Shown piece by piece: positions 1-11,598 of a DNA stretch of 64,000 bases (its first letter is position 1; each line of letters starts with the position of its first letter). A model generated the notes under the pieces. It worked only from the letters and a program-made list of their open reading frames with translations, was not told where the DNA came from and ran no database searches. This DNA is from the human T2T-CHM13v2.0 reference genome, Homo sapiens: the NCBI RefSeq assembly GCF_009914755.1, contig NC_060937.1, one strand, 5' to 3'. Made by a program: the position numbers and the translations under genes.

Positions 1-1329
1 CAATTATATAGTTAAGAATATTGACATTGTTAGCAACATAGCTCTAGAACATTTTTATTTTTGTGAAAGTAATATGCAATACACATGAATCTCAGGCTTT
101 TAAAACTCTCTATTTCCATTTCCTTTTGTTAGATCCTTCATTTTTATCTTCTCCCTTGTCCTCTTTCTTGTTTTGTCTTCATGTCTATGATAGTTTTGAT
201 TTGTTCTTATTTTTCTTGAGTCCTGATTGCTCACATTTTTACCTCCTCGTCATCTGGTCTCTTTCCTGAGTTCTGATTCTGCCTTGTGATTACTCTTAAT
301 GGAAGTGATTGGATTAAGTTACATAATTTGTCTATGATGCTTGCCCAGAATTTCCTCTGGTTTTGTTTTTCTGATGGCTATTCAGAAAATAGTATGCTTT
401 GGCTATGTTTTTCTGATGAACATTCATTAGATAAGTTTTACATGTTCTTTTCCTGATTTTTAAAATATCTTTGAAGTGATATTGTGCCAGTTAAAAAAAA
501 ATTATTACTCATCATAAAATGAGTTGGAGTTCACTGCCCTAGCTATTTGTGGGGCTAGTCCTCTGGATGTCAGTTTTGTTTTTTTGTTTTCTGCATGTAA
601 GGCGTGCTGGGGCCAGGGCAGCCTTCTGTAGTTAACAGTCGCAGTACTCTCTGCTTCACTGTTTCCACAGACATTCTGCTTCCCGCTAAAATGATTTTGC
701 TGTATAGCCCTGCCCTCTCTACTTCTCTGCACCAAACCATGGCCAGGAGGTCATCTGCCACCAGCCCCACTTGCCCCTGTACCCCATTCCTTTGCTACAC
801 CAAAGGGGTGTGTGTTTTGCACTTCAGGATGAGCATAGAGTTGCTGTTCTCTGGGATCTGCCGCACAGGCTGTTTCACTGTTCCCTCTCACTGTATTCTC
901 TTCTTTACCTCTGTCTTGCCCCAGTAAGCCCTCTGCTTTATCTCCACTATGTGTGCTCTAGATTTCCTGGTTCCTGCAATATGCAAGGGATACAGGTTGT
1001 CACTTCAGGGTAAGCGCATACTCATAGAAGGTGTATTTTGTCAGCATTTTCTGTGATCTTTTACCATTTGGCTTTCTCACTATTTGCTTCCCCCTTCGTC
1101 TTAGGTTCATGGCTGATATTAGCACCTGTCAGCAGCCCTTGTACAGTTTCTTTGTATTGTTTTGCTGAAAATGGAATTTGGAGCTGCACCCTGTCTGTTT
1201 ACCTTGTTTCTTTTGTGTGATATGTTTCTTTTGTGTGATAGGCAGCAGGAGAATGTTGGTGTTCCATGGGACATGTTTATATTGGAGGTCTGATATACTA
1301 TATTCTTTCAAAGGATTTCTTTGCATTGA

Positions 1330-1520
1330 GAGTAGACTTTTAGGGGAATAGGGTGGAAGCTGGGAACACCTGTTAGGAAACTGTTTTAATGATTCAGGTG
1401 AATGGTGGCCCGCGTCACAGTGCTAACTATGGAAATGCTGAGAAGTGGTTAAACTGTGGCTATATTGTGAAGGAAAGCTGATTTGGAACTTGCTAATGAA
1501 TTGGTAGGGTGAGAGAGGGA
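1330..1520 (-). mobile_element. L2 LINE fragment
   Basis: Purine-rich diverged segment resembling antisense L2 (ctgttaggaaactg...gagaagtggtt); boundaries approximate. Confidence 0.5.
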
Positions 1521-2377
1521 GTCGCTTGTAGCTGTGTGCACCTGTCTTTCAAATGCTGGTCTGTGCTGGGGAGCTCAGGGCAGGCTGTAAGTAAATAGGA
1601 CCTGTTCACTGGAGAACGTCCCCAGTGGCACTTGCCCAGCTGCCCCAGTGAGCCCTGCTTCACTCATTTTACTGATCGGGGGTCAGTAAAATGATCTATT
1701 TAACTTTGGTCTGGGTGGGACCGCTTTTTGTTTGTTCCAGGTTTGTTGTAGAGGTTTGCGTGTCCTACAGGGGCCCTCCACAGGCACACCTTTCACTCTG
1801 CTTATAGTAGGGATTAATGCTGCAGCCAGTGGCTCCATATACAGGGGCCAGAGCCTGCCCAGCCATCCCATAGTCATCTCACGGACTATCCTGACAGTTG
1901 CCTTATAGCTACTTCAGCTTGCCAAAGTGAGGGTCCTCGGCCAAAGATAATGGCTTCCAGATCTGCTAGGGCCTCTTATAGTGTGTGCTTGCATTGTGGT
2001 TCTCTCTACTTAGGTTTATTACTAATGTGCTCCTGCTTCCTATCTTCCAGAAATTTATCAAAGTTGCTGGTCTGCTGTTGTCTTCAGTGCTACTATGATT
2101 ATATTACTTTTCGTCACTTCGGTGGCAAGGAGGGTAGGCAAACGTGTGTGCTTACGTCTCCCATCCTAAGCTGGTGATTTGCATTGCTCCTCAAGAATGT
2201 GAAGGGAATATAGAAGAAAAGTAATTTGGGATAAGATTTTTTAGATTCAGAAGTTAGAAAATGAATTGGCTAATACGCAACATGGTATTCTTTATCTAGG
2301 GCTGATATATGTCTGGCTTATTCTATTTTTCATAGCTGTTCAGTAATGGTGGGATAAACATTGGATGTGTGTGTGTG

Positions 2378-3665
2378 TTTTTTTTTTTTTACTTTAAGTT
2401 CTGGGATACATGTGCAGAATGTACAGGTTTGTTACATAGGTATACACATGCTATGGTGATTTGCTGCACCCATCAACCCATCATCTACATTAGGTATTTC
2501 TCCTAATGCTATCCCTCCCCCAGCCCCCTACCTCCCCACGGGCCCTGGTGTGTGATGTTCCCCTCCCTGTGTCCACATGTTCCCATTGTTCAGTTCCCAC
2601 TTATGAGTGAGAACATGCAGTGTTTGGTTTTCTGTTCCTGTGTTAGTTTGCTGAGAACAATGGTTTCCAGCTTCATCCATGTTCCTGTGAAGGACTTGAA
2701 CTCACCTTTTTTATGGCTGCATAGTATTCCATGGTGTATATGTGGCACATTTTCTTTATCCAGTCTATCATTGATAGACATTTGGGTTGGTTCCAAGTCT
2801 TTGCTATTGTGAACAGTGCTGCAATAAACATACCTGTGCATGTGTCTTTATAGTAGAATGATTTATAATCCTTTGGGTATGTACCCAGTAATGGGATTGC
2901 TGGGTCAAATGGTATTTCTGGTTGTAGATCCTTGAGGAATCACCACACTGTCTTCTACAATGGTTGAACTAATTTACTCTCCCACCAACAGTGTAAAAGC
3001 CTTCCTATTTCTCTACATCCTCTCCAGCATCTGTTGTTTCCTGACTGTTTAATGATCGCCATTCTAACTGGTGTCAGATAGTACCTCATTGTGGTTTTGA
3101 TTTGCATTTCTCTAATGACCAGTGATGATGAGCTTTTTTTCATATGTCTGTTGGCTGCATACATGTCTTCTTTTGAGAAGTGTCTGTTCATATCCTTCGC
3201 CCACTTTTTGATAGGGTTGTTTTCTTGTAAATTTGTTTAAGTTCCCTGTGGATTCTGGATGTTAGCCCTTTGTCAGATGGATAGATCGCAAAAATTTTCT
3301 CCCATTCATGGCAACAAAATTCTCCCGTGTAGGTTGCCTGTTCACTCTGATGATAGTTTCTTTTGCTGTGGAGAAGCTCTTTAGTTTAATTAGATCCCAT
3401 TTGTCAATTTTGGCGTTTGTTGCCATTGCTTTTGATGTTTCATGAAGTCTTTGCCCATGCCTGTGTCCTGAATGGTATTGCCTAGGTTTTCTTCTAGGGT
3501 TTTTATGGTTTTATGTCTTACGTTTAAGTCTTTAGTCCACCTCGAGTTAATTTTTGTATAAGGTGTAAGGAAGGGGTCCAGTTTCAGTTTTCCACATATG
3601 GCTAGCCAGTTTTCCAACACCATTTATTAAATAGGGAATCCTTTCCCCATTGCTTGTTTTTTGTC
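2378..3665 (-). mobile_element. 5'-truncated L1PA (3' end of ORF2 + 3' UTR)
   Basis: polyT then the L1PA 3' terminus (actttaagttctgggatacatgtgcag); ORF2 C-terminal peptides in ORFs 2955..3191 and 3390..3623; possible TSD attgg(a/g)tgt. Confidence 0.95.
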
Positions 3666-4306
3666 TATTGGGTGTTTTGTTTTGTTTTGTTTTTTTAGAT
3701 GCTCTCTTAGAGTGTGGAGTCTGAGAAAGTATAACTTAAAATGGTCTGTCTAGTTATATCTGTGGGAAGTCTTACATCATCCATACTTAGGTTTCTAATT
3801 AGTTTTCTGCAATTGTGTGAATATAGGAAACAACCTATAATTTTACATTTTTGTCTTATGTTGGGAAAAATGTGTTCACCTTAAATTTTAATACAAATAC
3901 GATACAAAAGACTGCTTTGGGGAGATAACTCTGAAATGTAAGAATGAAAACATGTTTTAAATATAGAGTCTGCACAAGTAGCAAAATCATGTATATTGAA
4001 ACATCTTCCTATTGTATTCCTTCAAGGTCTGTTTCCTTACTAAGCTATGTGTTGTGTTATGGGTGTTCATTGTAAAGTTAAACCTTACTACTGTTTATGA
4101 TGGTTTTGTTTTTATACTAAACTGGGAGAAGTTTTTTATGTCCCTGTGGGTTGGGCTATAGTAACATTTAATGTAATGATGCACTGATGCGAGAATTCAC
4201 TTTAGGATAAAAGATTGAAGGGTCCCCTTCCCCAGTGCCACAGGGCCAAAGGTGGTGGTGGTTCGTTTCTGTACGTAGTGTGTAGCCTGTCAAAATCTGT
4301 TAGTCT

Positions 4307-4621
4307 TGTTGTAGGACTCTTTCCTTAGTTCAGCTAAAGACAGGGGGTCCTTGTCACACGGCCACGAAAAATGAGGCTCACAGACAATTTGAAGAGGGCA
4401 GGACTTATTGGGTGAAAAGGAAAAGAGGGAAACAGGACTCTCTACAAGGCCAGAGTCCCAGCTAGTGTGCTTCCCACCTTGCAGATTGAATCCCAGGTTC
4501 CATCCAGGAAGAGGAGGGAGGGGCCAGGCTTCTTCCCGAGGCTCCACCCCAGTGCACACTCCTCCCAGCGTGCAGGCCAGTTGGAGTTTTTCTGGGAACC
4601 CCTTTGCATTTGGCTGTCTCA
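4307..4621 (-). mobile_element. Solo LTR, ERV1 class (subfamily uncertain)
   Basis: TG...CA termini with an exact 4-bp TSD gtct (4303-4306, 4622-4625). Confidence 0.85.
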
Positions 4622-4809
4622 GTCTTAGGCCAATATCTTTCTCATTTTAATCTGTCCAAGGTGCCTTACATTCCCTCCATGTTTAGCTGTTGCGAAGATG
4701 AGTGTTCACATGTCTTTTATCCTAGTGAAATGCATTTTCATAAAAACAAGAATTTTATCCCAGCAATCTATTATTGGAATTATCTATGCAGGGAGAATAT
4801 TGAGAAAAA

Positions 4810-5350
4810 TTTGAGTGGGGGCTTCCCTAGACTATCCCCAGATTTGGTGATCTGGTAAGAAGACACACAGGACTCAGCATATAGTTGTACTCAGGGCTTT
4901 CATTCCAGTGAAAAAGCAAAGTCAGCACAGGGAAAAGGTGCAAGGGTGAAAATCTGGAGGAAACCAGGCAGAAGATTCCAGGACTTCTCTCCCTGTGACG
5001 TCATAAAGAACAAGCTTAATTTTTCCAGTAATGAGAAATTCTACAATGTGTGAAATGTTGTCTACCAGGGAAGCTCGTTATAGACACTGCACCCAGAGTT
5101 TTTTTGGGGAACTAGTCACTAGACACGTTCTGTCTGGCCTGCACCAAAATCCCAGACTCCCAGAAGGAAAGATGTTTACCATAAACTGTATTTTTCATAC
5201 AAACAGTTCAGGCATGAGTCATTCTTACCATGGAATGTTGGGAACACTCCTGAAATCTGGCTTCCCAAACGTCAGCAGTAAGCCAACCTTGTCAGCAAAC
5301 TTTTCTAAGGATAGTTGTCTCAGGACTGCTGTGTTGACTCTCTTCTGCAT
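4810..5350 (-). mobile_element. MER21-family LTR
   Basis: Resembles MER21 consensus (cacaggactcagcatatagttgtactca...); related to the opposite-orientation copy at 56946-57495. Confidence 0.75.
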
Positions 5351-5395
5351 ATTAGATACCCAGATGCCTTGTATTTTCTAAGTATTTAAAATACT

Positions 5396-5533
5396 GCTGG
5401 GCGTGGTGGTGCGTGCCTGTAGTCCCAGCTACTTCATGGGCCTGAGGCAGGAGGATGGCTTGTGCCTGGGAGGTCGAGGATGCAGTCAGCCAAAGTGACA
5501 GAGACCCTGTCTCTTAAAATTTTTAAAAAAAAA
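5396..5533 (+). mobile_element. Alu monomer (FLAM/FRAM-like)
   Basis: gctgggcgtggtggtgcgtgcctgtagtcccagc with A tail; flanking aaaatact repeat. Confidence 0.85.
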
Positions 5534-6017
5534 TACTGTGTAATAAAATAAAAGATGTAATGTGGATAGTCAGCAGACTTCCTATACTGGGACTATATGT
5601 ATTTTGTATTTTGATTGACACTTAGGTTTGTAATAGTGTTAAAGCCTGTGGGTTACTGAGTCATTCGGATTGTGGACAGTTCCTTCTGTTCCCTTTCTTT
5701 CTACAAATTTTTTTTTTCTAGCTTCCCATTGGCCAAACCCACCTCCTGATCCCTTTCTAAATGTCTAATTCTTCTGGACTGTTGTCAATCCATAGCTGAC
5801 CAGGCCGATTTTCTTTATCACTGTCTTTCTTTCCTGTGTAACAACCACTTAGTCTTAATGGTGGTAAGATTGCTCTGGATAAAGTGCTGATATTAACATA
5901 TTTACCCAGAGGGTATGGGGAGATAATGCGGGAGGGTGGGCAAGTAAACAGCAGTACATTTTGTTGAATGAGAATAATAAACTACCTAAACTCAGTTTTC
6001 ATTATTATGCCTTTTAA

Positions 6018-6331
<314 letters not shown>

Positions 6332-6506
6332 TCTTAAATATTCTTGATCAAAGTTACTAACGGGGTATCACTTAAGGTTTTTGGCAATAATGGCCAAAGA
6401 GTGAAGGGGTTGGGGGATGACGACTTTAGCATCAATTTTACAGGATAAGAAAAGGCAATAAATTATAATTTGCCTTAACAATATTATCTTAAACATATTT
6501 TGACAG

Positions 6507-6639
6507 CTATTCAGGATTATGAAACTGCTCAGGAACACAATGAAAATGATCAGCAGATTCGAGAAGGTCTAGAGAAAGCACAAAGATTATTGAAACAGTC
6601 GCAGAAACGAGATTATTATAAAATCTTGGGAGTAAAAAG
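6507..6639 (+). CDS. DNAJC3: DNAJC3 third-last coding exon (end of TPR region, start of J-domain)
   Basis: ag/gt-bounded 133-nt exon encoding (A)IQDYETAQEHNENDQQIREGLEKAQRLLKQSQKRDYYKILGVK(R); phase-compatible with the next exon. Confidence 0.98.
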
Positions 6640-7574
6640 GTGAATTATTAATTTAAAATTTACTTTGCTATTTTTAATCAACTCTGTTTCAAAGCTAATC
6701 ATTGCTCTTTTTCCTCTCTGATTCATTTTCTTTACTTATGTAATTTCAGTCATATGGATTAAACCTTAACAGTCTTTAACATTAGAAAGCTACTTTGAGT
6801 ATTTTATAGGCAAGTTTCTTTGATAGAGACCAATAATGCAACAACAGAATTAGTAGTTGGCAACAAAGATGACACTGTAGCATGAATGGGTCCTAAGCCT
6901 AGATTTTTTAAGAAGGGTAAAGGGGTAGGAGTGAGATTCCTTTTGGTGGGGATGGAGGAGGAGACGGAATGAGTAAAGAAAAAGCCTTCTCTAGGCCTAA
7001 AAATAAAGTAGTGCTTTCAGAATTAAGTCTGAAATTAAGATCTACCTTATATAAAAGTACATACTAAGTAAATGATACACCTCCCAGTGCCTGTGGGTGA
7101 ATTCTGAAATTAAGTAAATGATATACCTCCCAGTGGTTCGCTGAGTAAACCATCAATTTTTCAAAATTTGGAATCTTTGTGCTTACTATTAAGTAAGCTA
7201 ATGCAGAAGCATAATTGAAAGTGGCATTCAGAGTCAAATATTTTTTAATACCAAGAATTGAATTATGGTAACTTGGAAATTCAGAAAGTTAAAAAATTCA
7301 TTGATGTACCTTTTTTAAAAAAGGGAAAGTTCTAAAGATCAGGAGTGCTTTATTCTCAGTAATCTTAGTGAGCGAGTATCCAAGGAAGCCTGATGTCAGC
7401 TTTAATGATCATCCAGAACTGTGTATGCAGATCTTTGGCCTGTGATACCATTGGAACTATTTTATAAAACCAGTTTTGTTAATTGCCAGTAGGATCTTAA
7501 TCAGCTCTTCTGATTTTTATGATAGTATGTTAGACACTTTTCCACTAATGATTATTTATTTTACCACCCCTCAG

Positions 7575-7723
7575 AAATGCCAAAAAGCAAGAAATTATTA
7601 AAGCATACCGAAAATTAGCACTGCAGTGGCACCCAGATAACTTCCAGAATGAAGAAGAAAAGAAAAAAGCTGAGAAAAAGTTCATTGATATAGCAGCTGC
7701 TAAAGAAGTCCTCTCTGATCCAG
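7575..7723 (+). CDS. DNAJC3: DNAJC3 penultimate exon (J-domain core)
   Basis: ag/gt-bounded 149-nt exon encoding [49 protein letters not shown]; HPD motif at 7630-7638. Confidence 0.99.
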
Positions 7724-7904
7724 GTATTATTAGCTTTTATTCCTTTGACTCATCCTAGAGGTGGTGTTAGAAGCGAGGGTGGAACATGTGGTGGGTTCTC
7801 CACGTGGGGCTGTATAGGCAGTGACGGGTCCTGAGCCCAGTTCCAGAGGTCCAGTTTTATGCCTGCCCTCATTCAGCCCTCTTATGTTGGGCACCCTCCT
7901 GTTG

Positions 7905-8060
7905 CAGGGTACAGTGGAAAGACTATCAAATGTGGAATCAGAGGGCCTGAATTTGAATCTTTTTTCTACTCAAAGAAGTTATCAGAACTTTTTGGTCTCA
8001 GTTTTTTCAACACTGAGCATAAGAGGATCTCTCAGGTTCCCTCTAACCTCAAAGGTCAAT
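7905..8060 (+). mobile_element. MIR SINE fragment
   Basis: ggtacagtggaaaga...ggaatcaga...ctcagttt...aggttccctctaac pattern typical of MIR. Confidence 0.55.
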
Positions 8061-8236
8061 GATGAATTTTCTCCACCAAGCTTACAGGAGCTTGATGAGG
8101 AAACCAGCTTGCCAGGCTGGATTACATGGAGTGGGAGAAGAACAGCTGTCTGGCCTAGGGCCTGCTTTGCCCCATATGTGTTCACCAGGAATCTTGCCCT
8201 GAATCATAGGATCATTAGATTCACAGGCTTATATGT

Positions 8237-8372
8237 GTTTTTTTTTTTTTTAATTTTTATTTTTTGTAGAAATGGGATCTCACTGTGTTGCCCAGGCTGG
8301 TCTTTAACTCCTGGGCTAAAGTGATCTTCCCAAAGTTCTGAGATTACAGGTGTGAGCCTCTGCACCTGGCCA
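8237..8372 (-). mobile_element. Alu monomer (FLAM-like)
   Basis: polyT plus a single Alu left arm in reverse. Confidence 0.85.
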
Positions 8373-8608
8373 CATGTGTTCTTTTGCCATACAGTAATAT
8401 GGCCTGGAAATTTCGTTAAGAGGGAGACAGGCTAAGCATTGAGGTAATACTGAACAATGCTTTGCTGCTGCCAGAGAATTTCATGTTAAGCTTATACTGC
8501 TTTTTTGTGGCCTTCCATGTCAGTGGGAACAGCAGCTGTGATCTGAGCTAAACAAACAAAAGAGAGGAAAGTTTTATGTTTGTCAAATCTTTTTTGAGTA
8601 CTTACTTA

Positions 8609-8758
8609 TGCAGTGGAATTGAAAGTAAATGATCCTTTGTTTTCAAGTAATTTATAATCCAGTAAAGGAGACAGAAATGTACTTGCAGTGGAATTGAAAG
8701 TAAATGATCCTTCGTTTTCAAGTAATTTATAATCCAGTAAAGGAGACAGAAATGTACT
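8609..8758. repeat. 75-bp tandem duplication (2 copies, 1 mismatch)
   Basis: 8609-8683 equals 8684-8758 except T8638/C8713. Confidence 0.97.
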
Positions 8759-9721
8759 TCCCTTATCAAGTAGTGTTGGATACATACTGTCCTGTTACTT
8801 AGCAAATACTGAGTGGCTACAACCTGCCTTAAGCAGTTCAATCCTCTTAGTTTGTGCAGTGCACAGGTGTGATAGTGTATCAGACTGGGAGTCAGGATCT
8901 TCTTATGTGAGAGGGACTTTGTGCTACGTTTTAAGGTACCAGGGAGCCAACCAAGGGGATGGGTGTCCCTGCACAGAGGCATGCACTGAGGAAAGAGCTG
9001 CAGGTCCTTTTTCTTACCTCCTGTTCTTCTGTTCAGGATGAACTATCTTTTCTTTTAAAGACTTTAAAGTTTTTTACTATGCATATATCAAGACGTGTCA
9101 TATTTAGGAATATGTTTAGTAGAATCACATGATGTATGCCAATCTGAAACTTAATTTTCACTTGAAATAAATCTTGGCTATAGTTTTTTCTCATTGAAAA
9201 ATGGTTACCTCATTCTTTGAGATGTATGCAGACCACTCCACTGAATTTTTAAGTAATTACATAATGTGAATATAGCTGAATTCACTTCCCCTTCCATTCA
9301 CAGCATCCTTTCTCTGGGGCCATTATCACCCCCACCCCTACGGAGAGTTCACTACTGTTCTAAGTGCTAACACCCTAGATTAATTTTGCCTGTGAGATAT
9401 CAAAGATATGGGGCCTGAGTCTAACTGCATTAGCTTTTATAAAACAAAGCTGAGTTTCAGATCACCTACAATACCCGCTTAGTTATTAACACTCAGCATA
9501 AGAACCCTCAGTTTTACTGGTGGGTTTCCTCCTCCTAAATATGTGGCTTCAGATTAACCTCCCAGAATGAAGTAAACTGGCTTTTCTCTAAGTATCTTTG
9601 AACCCCTAAAGGACAAGTTACTGTGAGAGAGCAAAGCGAGACTTGGGATTATTTTTATATTTGCATTTTTTTCTGCATTCTCTATTTTCCATTTATTAAA
9701 AAACCTAGCTATATGCTAAGT

Positions 9722-10798
9722 CTTTTTATTTTTTTTTTGTAAGTTCAGGGGTACATGTGCAGGTTTGTTACATAGGTAAATGTGTGTTATGGGGGTTTGT
9801 TGTACAGATTATTTCATCACCCAGGTATTAAGTCTAGAACCCATTAGTTATTATTCCTGATCCTCTCCCTCCTCCCACCCTTCACCCTCCAATAGGCCCC
9901 AGTGTGTGTTGTTCCCCTTTATGCATCCATGAGTTCTCATCATTTAGCTCCCACTTGTGAGAATATGTGGTATTTGGTTTTCTGTTCCTGCATTAGTTTG
10001 CTAAGGATAGTGGCCTCCAGCTCCATCCATGCCCCTGCAAGAGGACATGATCTCATTCTTTTTTATGGCTGCATAGTATTCCATGGTGTAGATGTACCAC
10101 ATTTTCTTTATCCAGTCTATCATTGATGGGCATTTAGGTTGATTCCATGTCTTTTCTATTGTGAATAGAGCTGCAATAAACTGATATGTGCATGTGTCTT
10201 TATAATGGAACAATTTATATTCTTTTGGGTGTATACCCAGTAATGAGATTGCTGAGTTGAATGGTATTTCTTTCTTTAAGGAATTGCCACACTGTCTTCC
10301 ACAATGGCTGAATGAATTTACACTGCCACCAATAGTGTATAAGCGTTCCTTTTTCACCACAACCTTGGCAGCATCTATTTTTTTTACTTTTTAATAATAG
10401 CCATTTTTTATTTGCAATAATGATCTAATTATTTGCTCTAGTGATCAGTGATGTTGAGCTTTTTTTCATATGATTGTTGGCCGCATATATGTCTTCTTTT
10501 GAGAAGTGTCTGTTCATGTCCTTTGCCCACTTTTTAATGGGGTTGTTTTCTTGTACATTTAAGTTCTTTGTAGACCTTTGTCAGTTGCATAGTTTGCAAA
10601 AATTTTCTCCCATTCTGTAGGTTGTCTGTTTACTCTGTTGATAGTTTCTTTTGCTGTGTAGAAGCTCTTTAGTTTAATTAGATCTCATTTGTCAATTTTT
10701 GCTTTTGTTGCAATTTCATGATGGAAACACCAAAAGCAATCTTTGCTCATACCTATGTCCTGAATAGTATTTGCCTAGGTTGTCTTCCAGGGTTTTTC
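9722..10798 (-). mobile_element. 5'-truncated older L1PA element
   Basis: polyT then taagttcaggggtacatgtgcagg; ORF 10001..10360 gives the L1 ORF2 tail (FIAALFTIEKTWNQPKCPSMIDWIKKMW). Confidence 0.95.
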
Positions 10799-11440
10799 TA
10801 ATGACTCTGAGGACATGAGCTCTTTCTTCCTATCCCTGCAATATTCCTCTTTATTGCCTTCTCCCATGTCTCTGCATTGATCTCTCTCTGTTCGGGGCTC
10901 AGAGGCCCCGCTGTGGGGGCACCAATTGCATGGGAGGGAAAGGTGAACCTCCTGGAGTTGTATGTTATGGAGGCCCCGCTCCCCTCATGTCTGAGGAGCC
11001 TTAGTGCTAGAATGCTCATTAGATGCTTGATGAGGTCATTGCCTTACAGACTTTATTTTGGGGATTAGGGTGGTGAGCTGGCTGTTTCATTAGAATTGTA
11101 GACTCTTGGAAGTTTCTCTTGAATTATTTTTTTCCAAATAATTTCATTGGGTAGTTATCAAGCTTGGGTGGCTTCTTCTGGAGTGAGATTTAGGGGCCTG
11201 AATCTCAATAAATACCTATTATCAACCCTGAACCTCACCCTCCTTGTGGCAAATTTCTCTAGTCTGTTTCTTCAGGGTGGGAATGGGAGAGCCTGGATTT
11301 GAATGTCAGGCACAACTCTTGATAACCGAAAAGTAAGTAGCTCCTCAAGCCCACCCACCCTCCTCTGCCCAAAGAAAACATTCCCCCTGCCCCTATACCT
11401 TAGATATTATCTGGTTCTTAATTTTCTGATTTCTTTCTAG

Positions 11441-11598
11441 AAATGAGAAAGAAGTTTGACGACGGAGAAGATCCTTTGGATGCAGAGAGCCAGCAAGGAG
11501 GCGGCGGCAACCCTTTCCACAGAAGCTGGAACTCATGGCAAGGGTTCAATCCCTTCAGCTCAGGCGGACCATTTAGATTTAAATTCCACTTCAATTAA
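11441..11598 (+). CDS. DNAJC3: DNAJC3 last coding exon
   Basis: Pyrimidine tract + ag, then (E)MRKKFDDGEDPLDAESQQGGGGNPFHRSWNSWQGFNPFSSGGPFRFKFHFN*; TAA at 11596-11598. Confidence 0.99.

Noticed and set aside
7616-7632. CTGCAG in DNAJC3 exon as an IRE1/RIDD stem-loop
   Set aside because: Only about two flanking base pairs; lacks the stable stem expected.
7821-8324. 167-aa ORF in a DNAJC3 intron
   Set aside because: GTG start; runs through MIR and Alu-monomer sequence; no recognisable domain.
8602-8982. ORF with a repeated 25-aa peptide
   Set aside because: Explained by the 75-bp tandem duplication read on the antisense strand of an intron.
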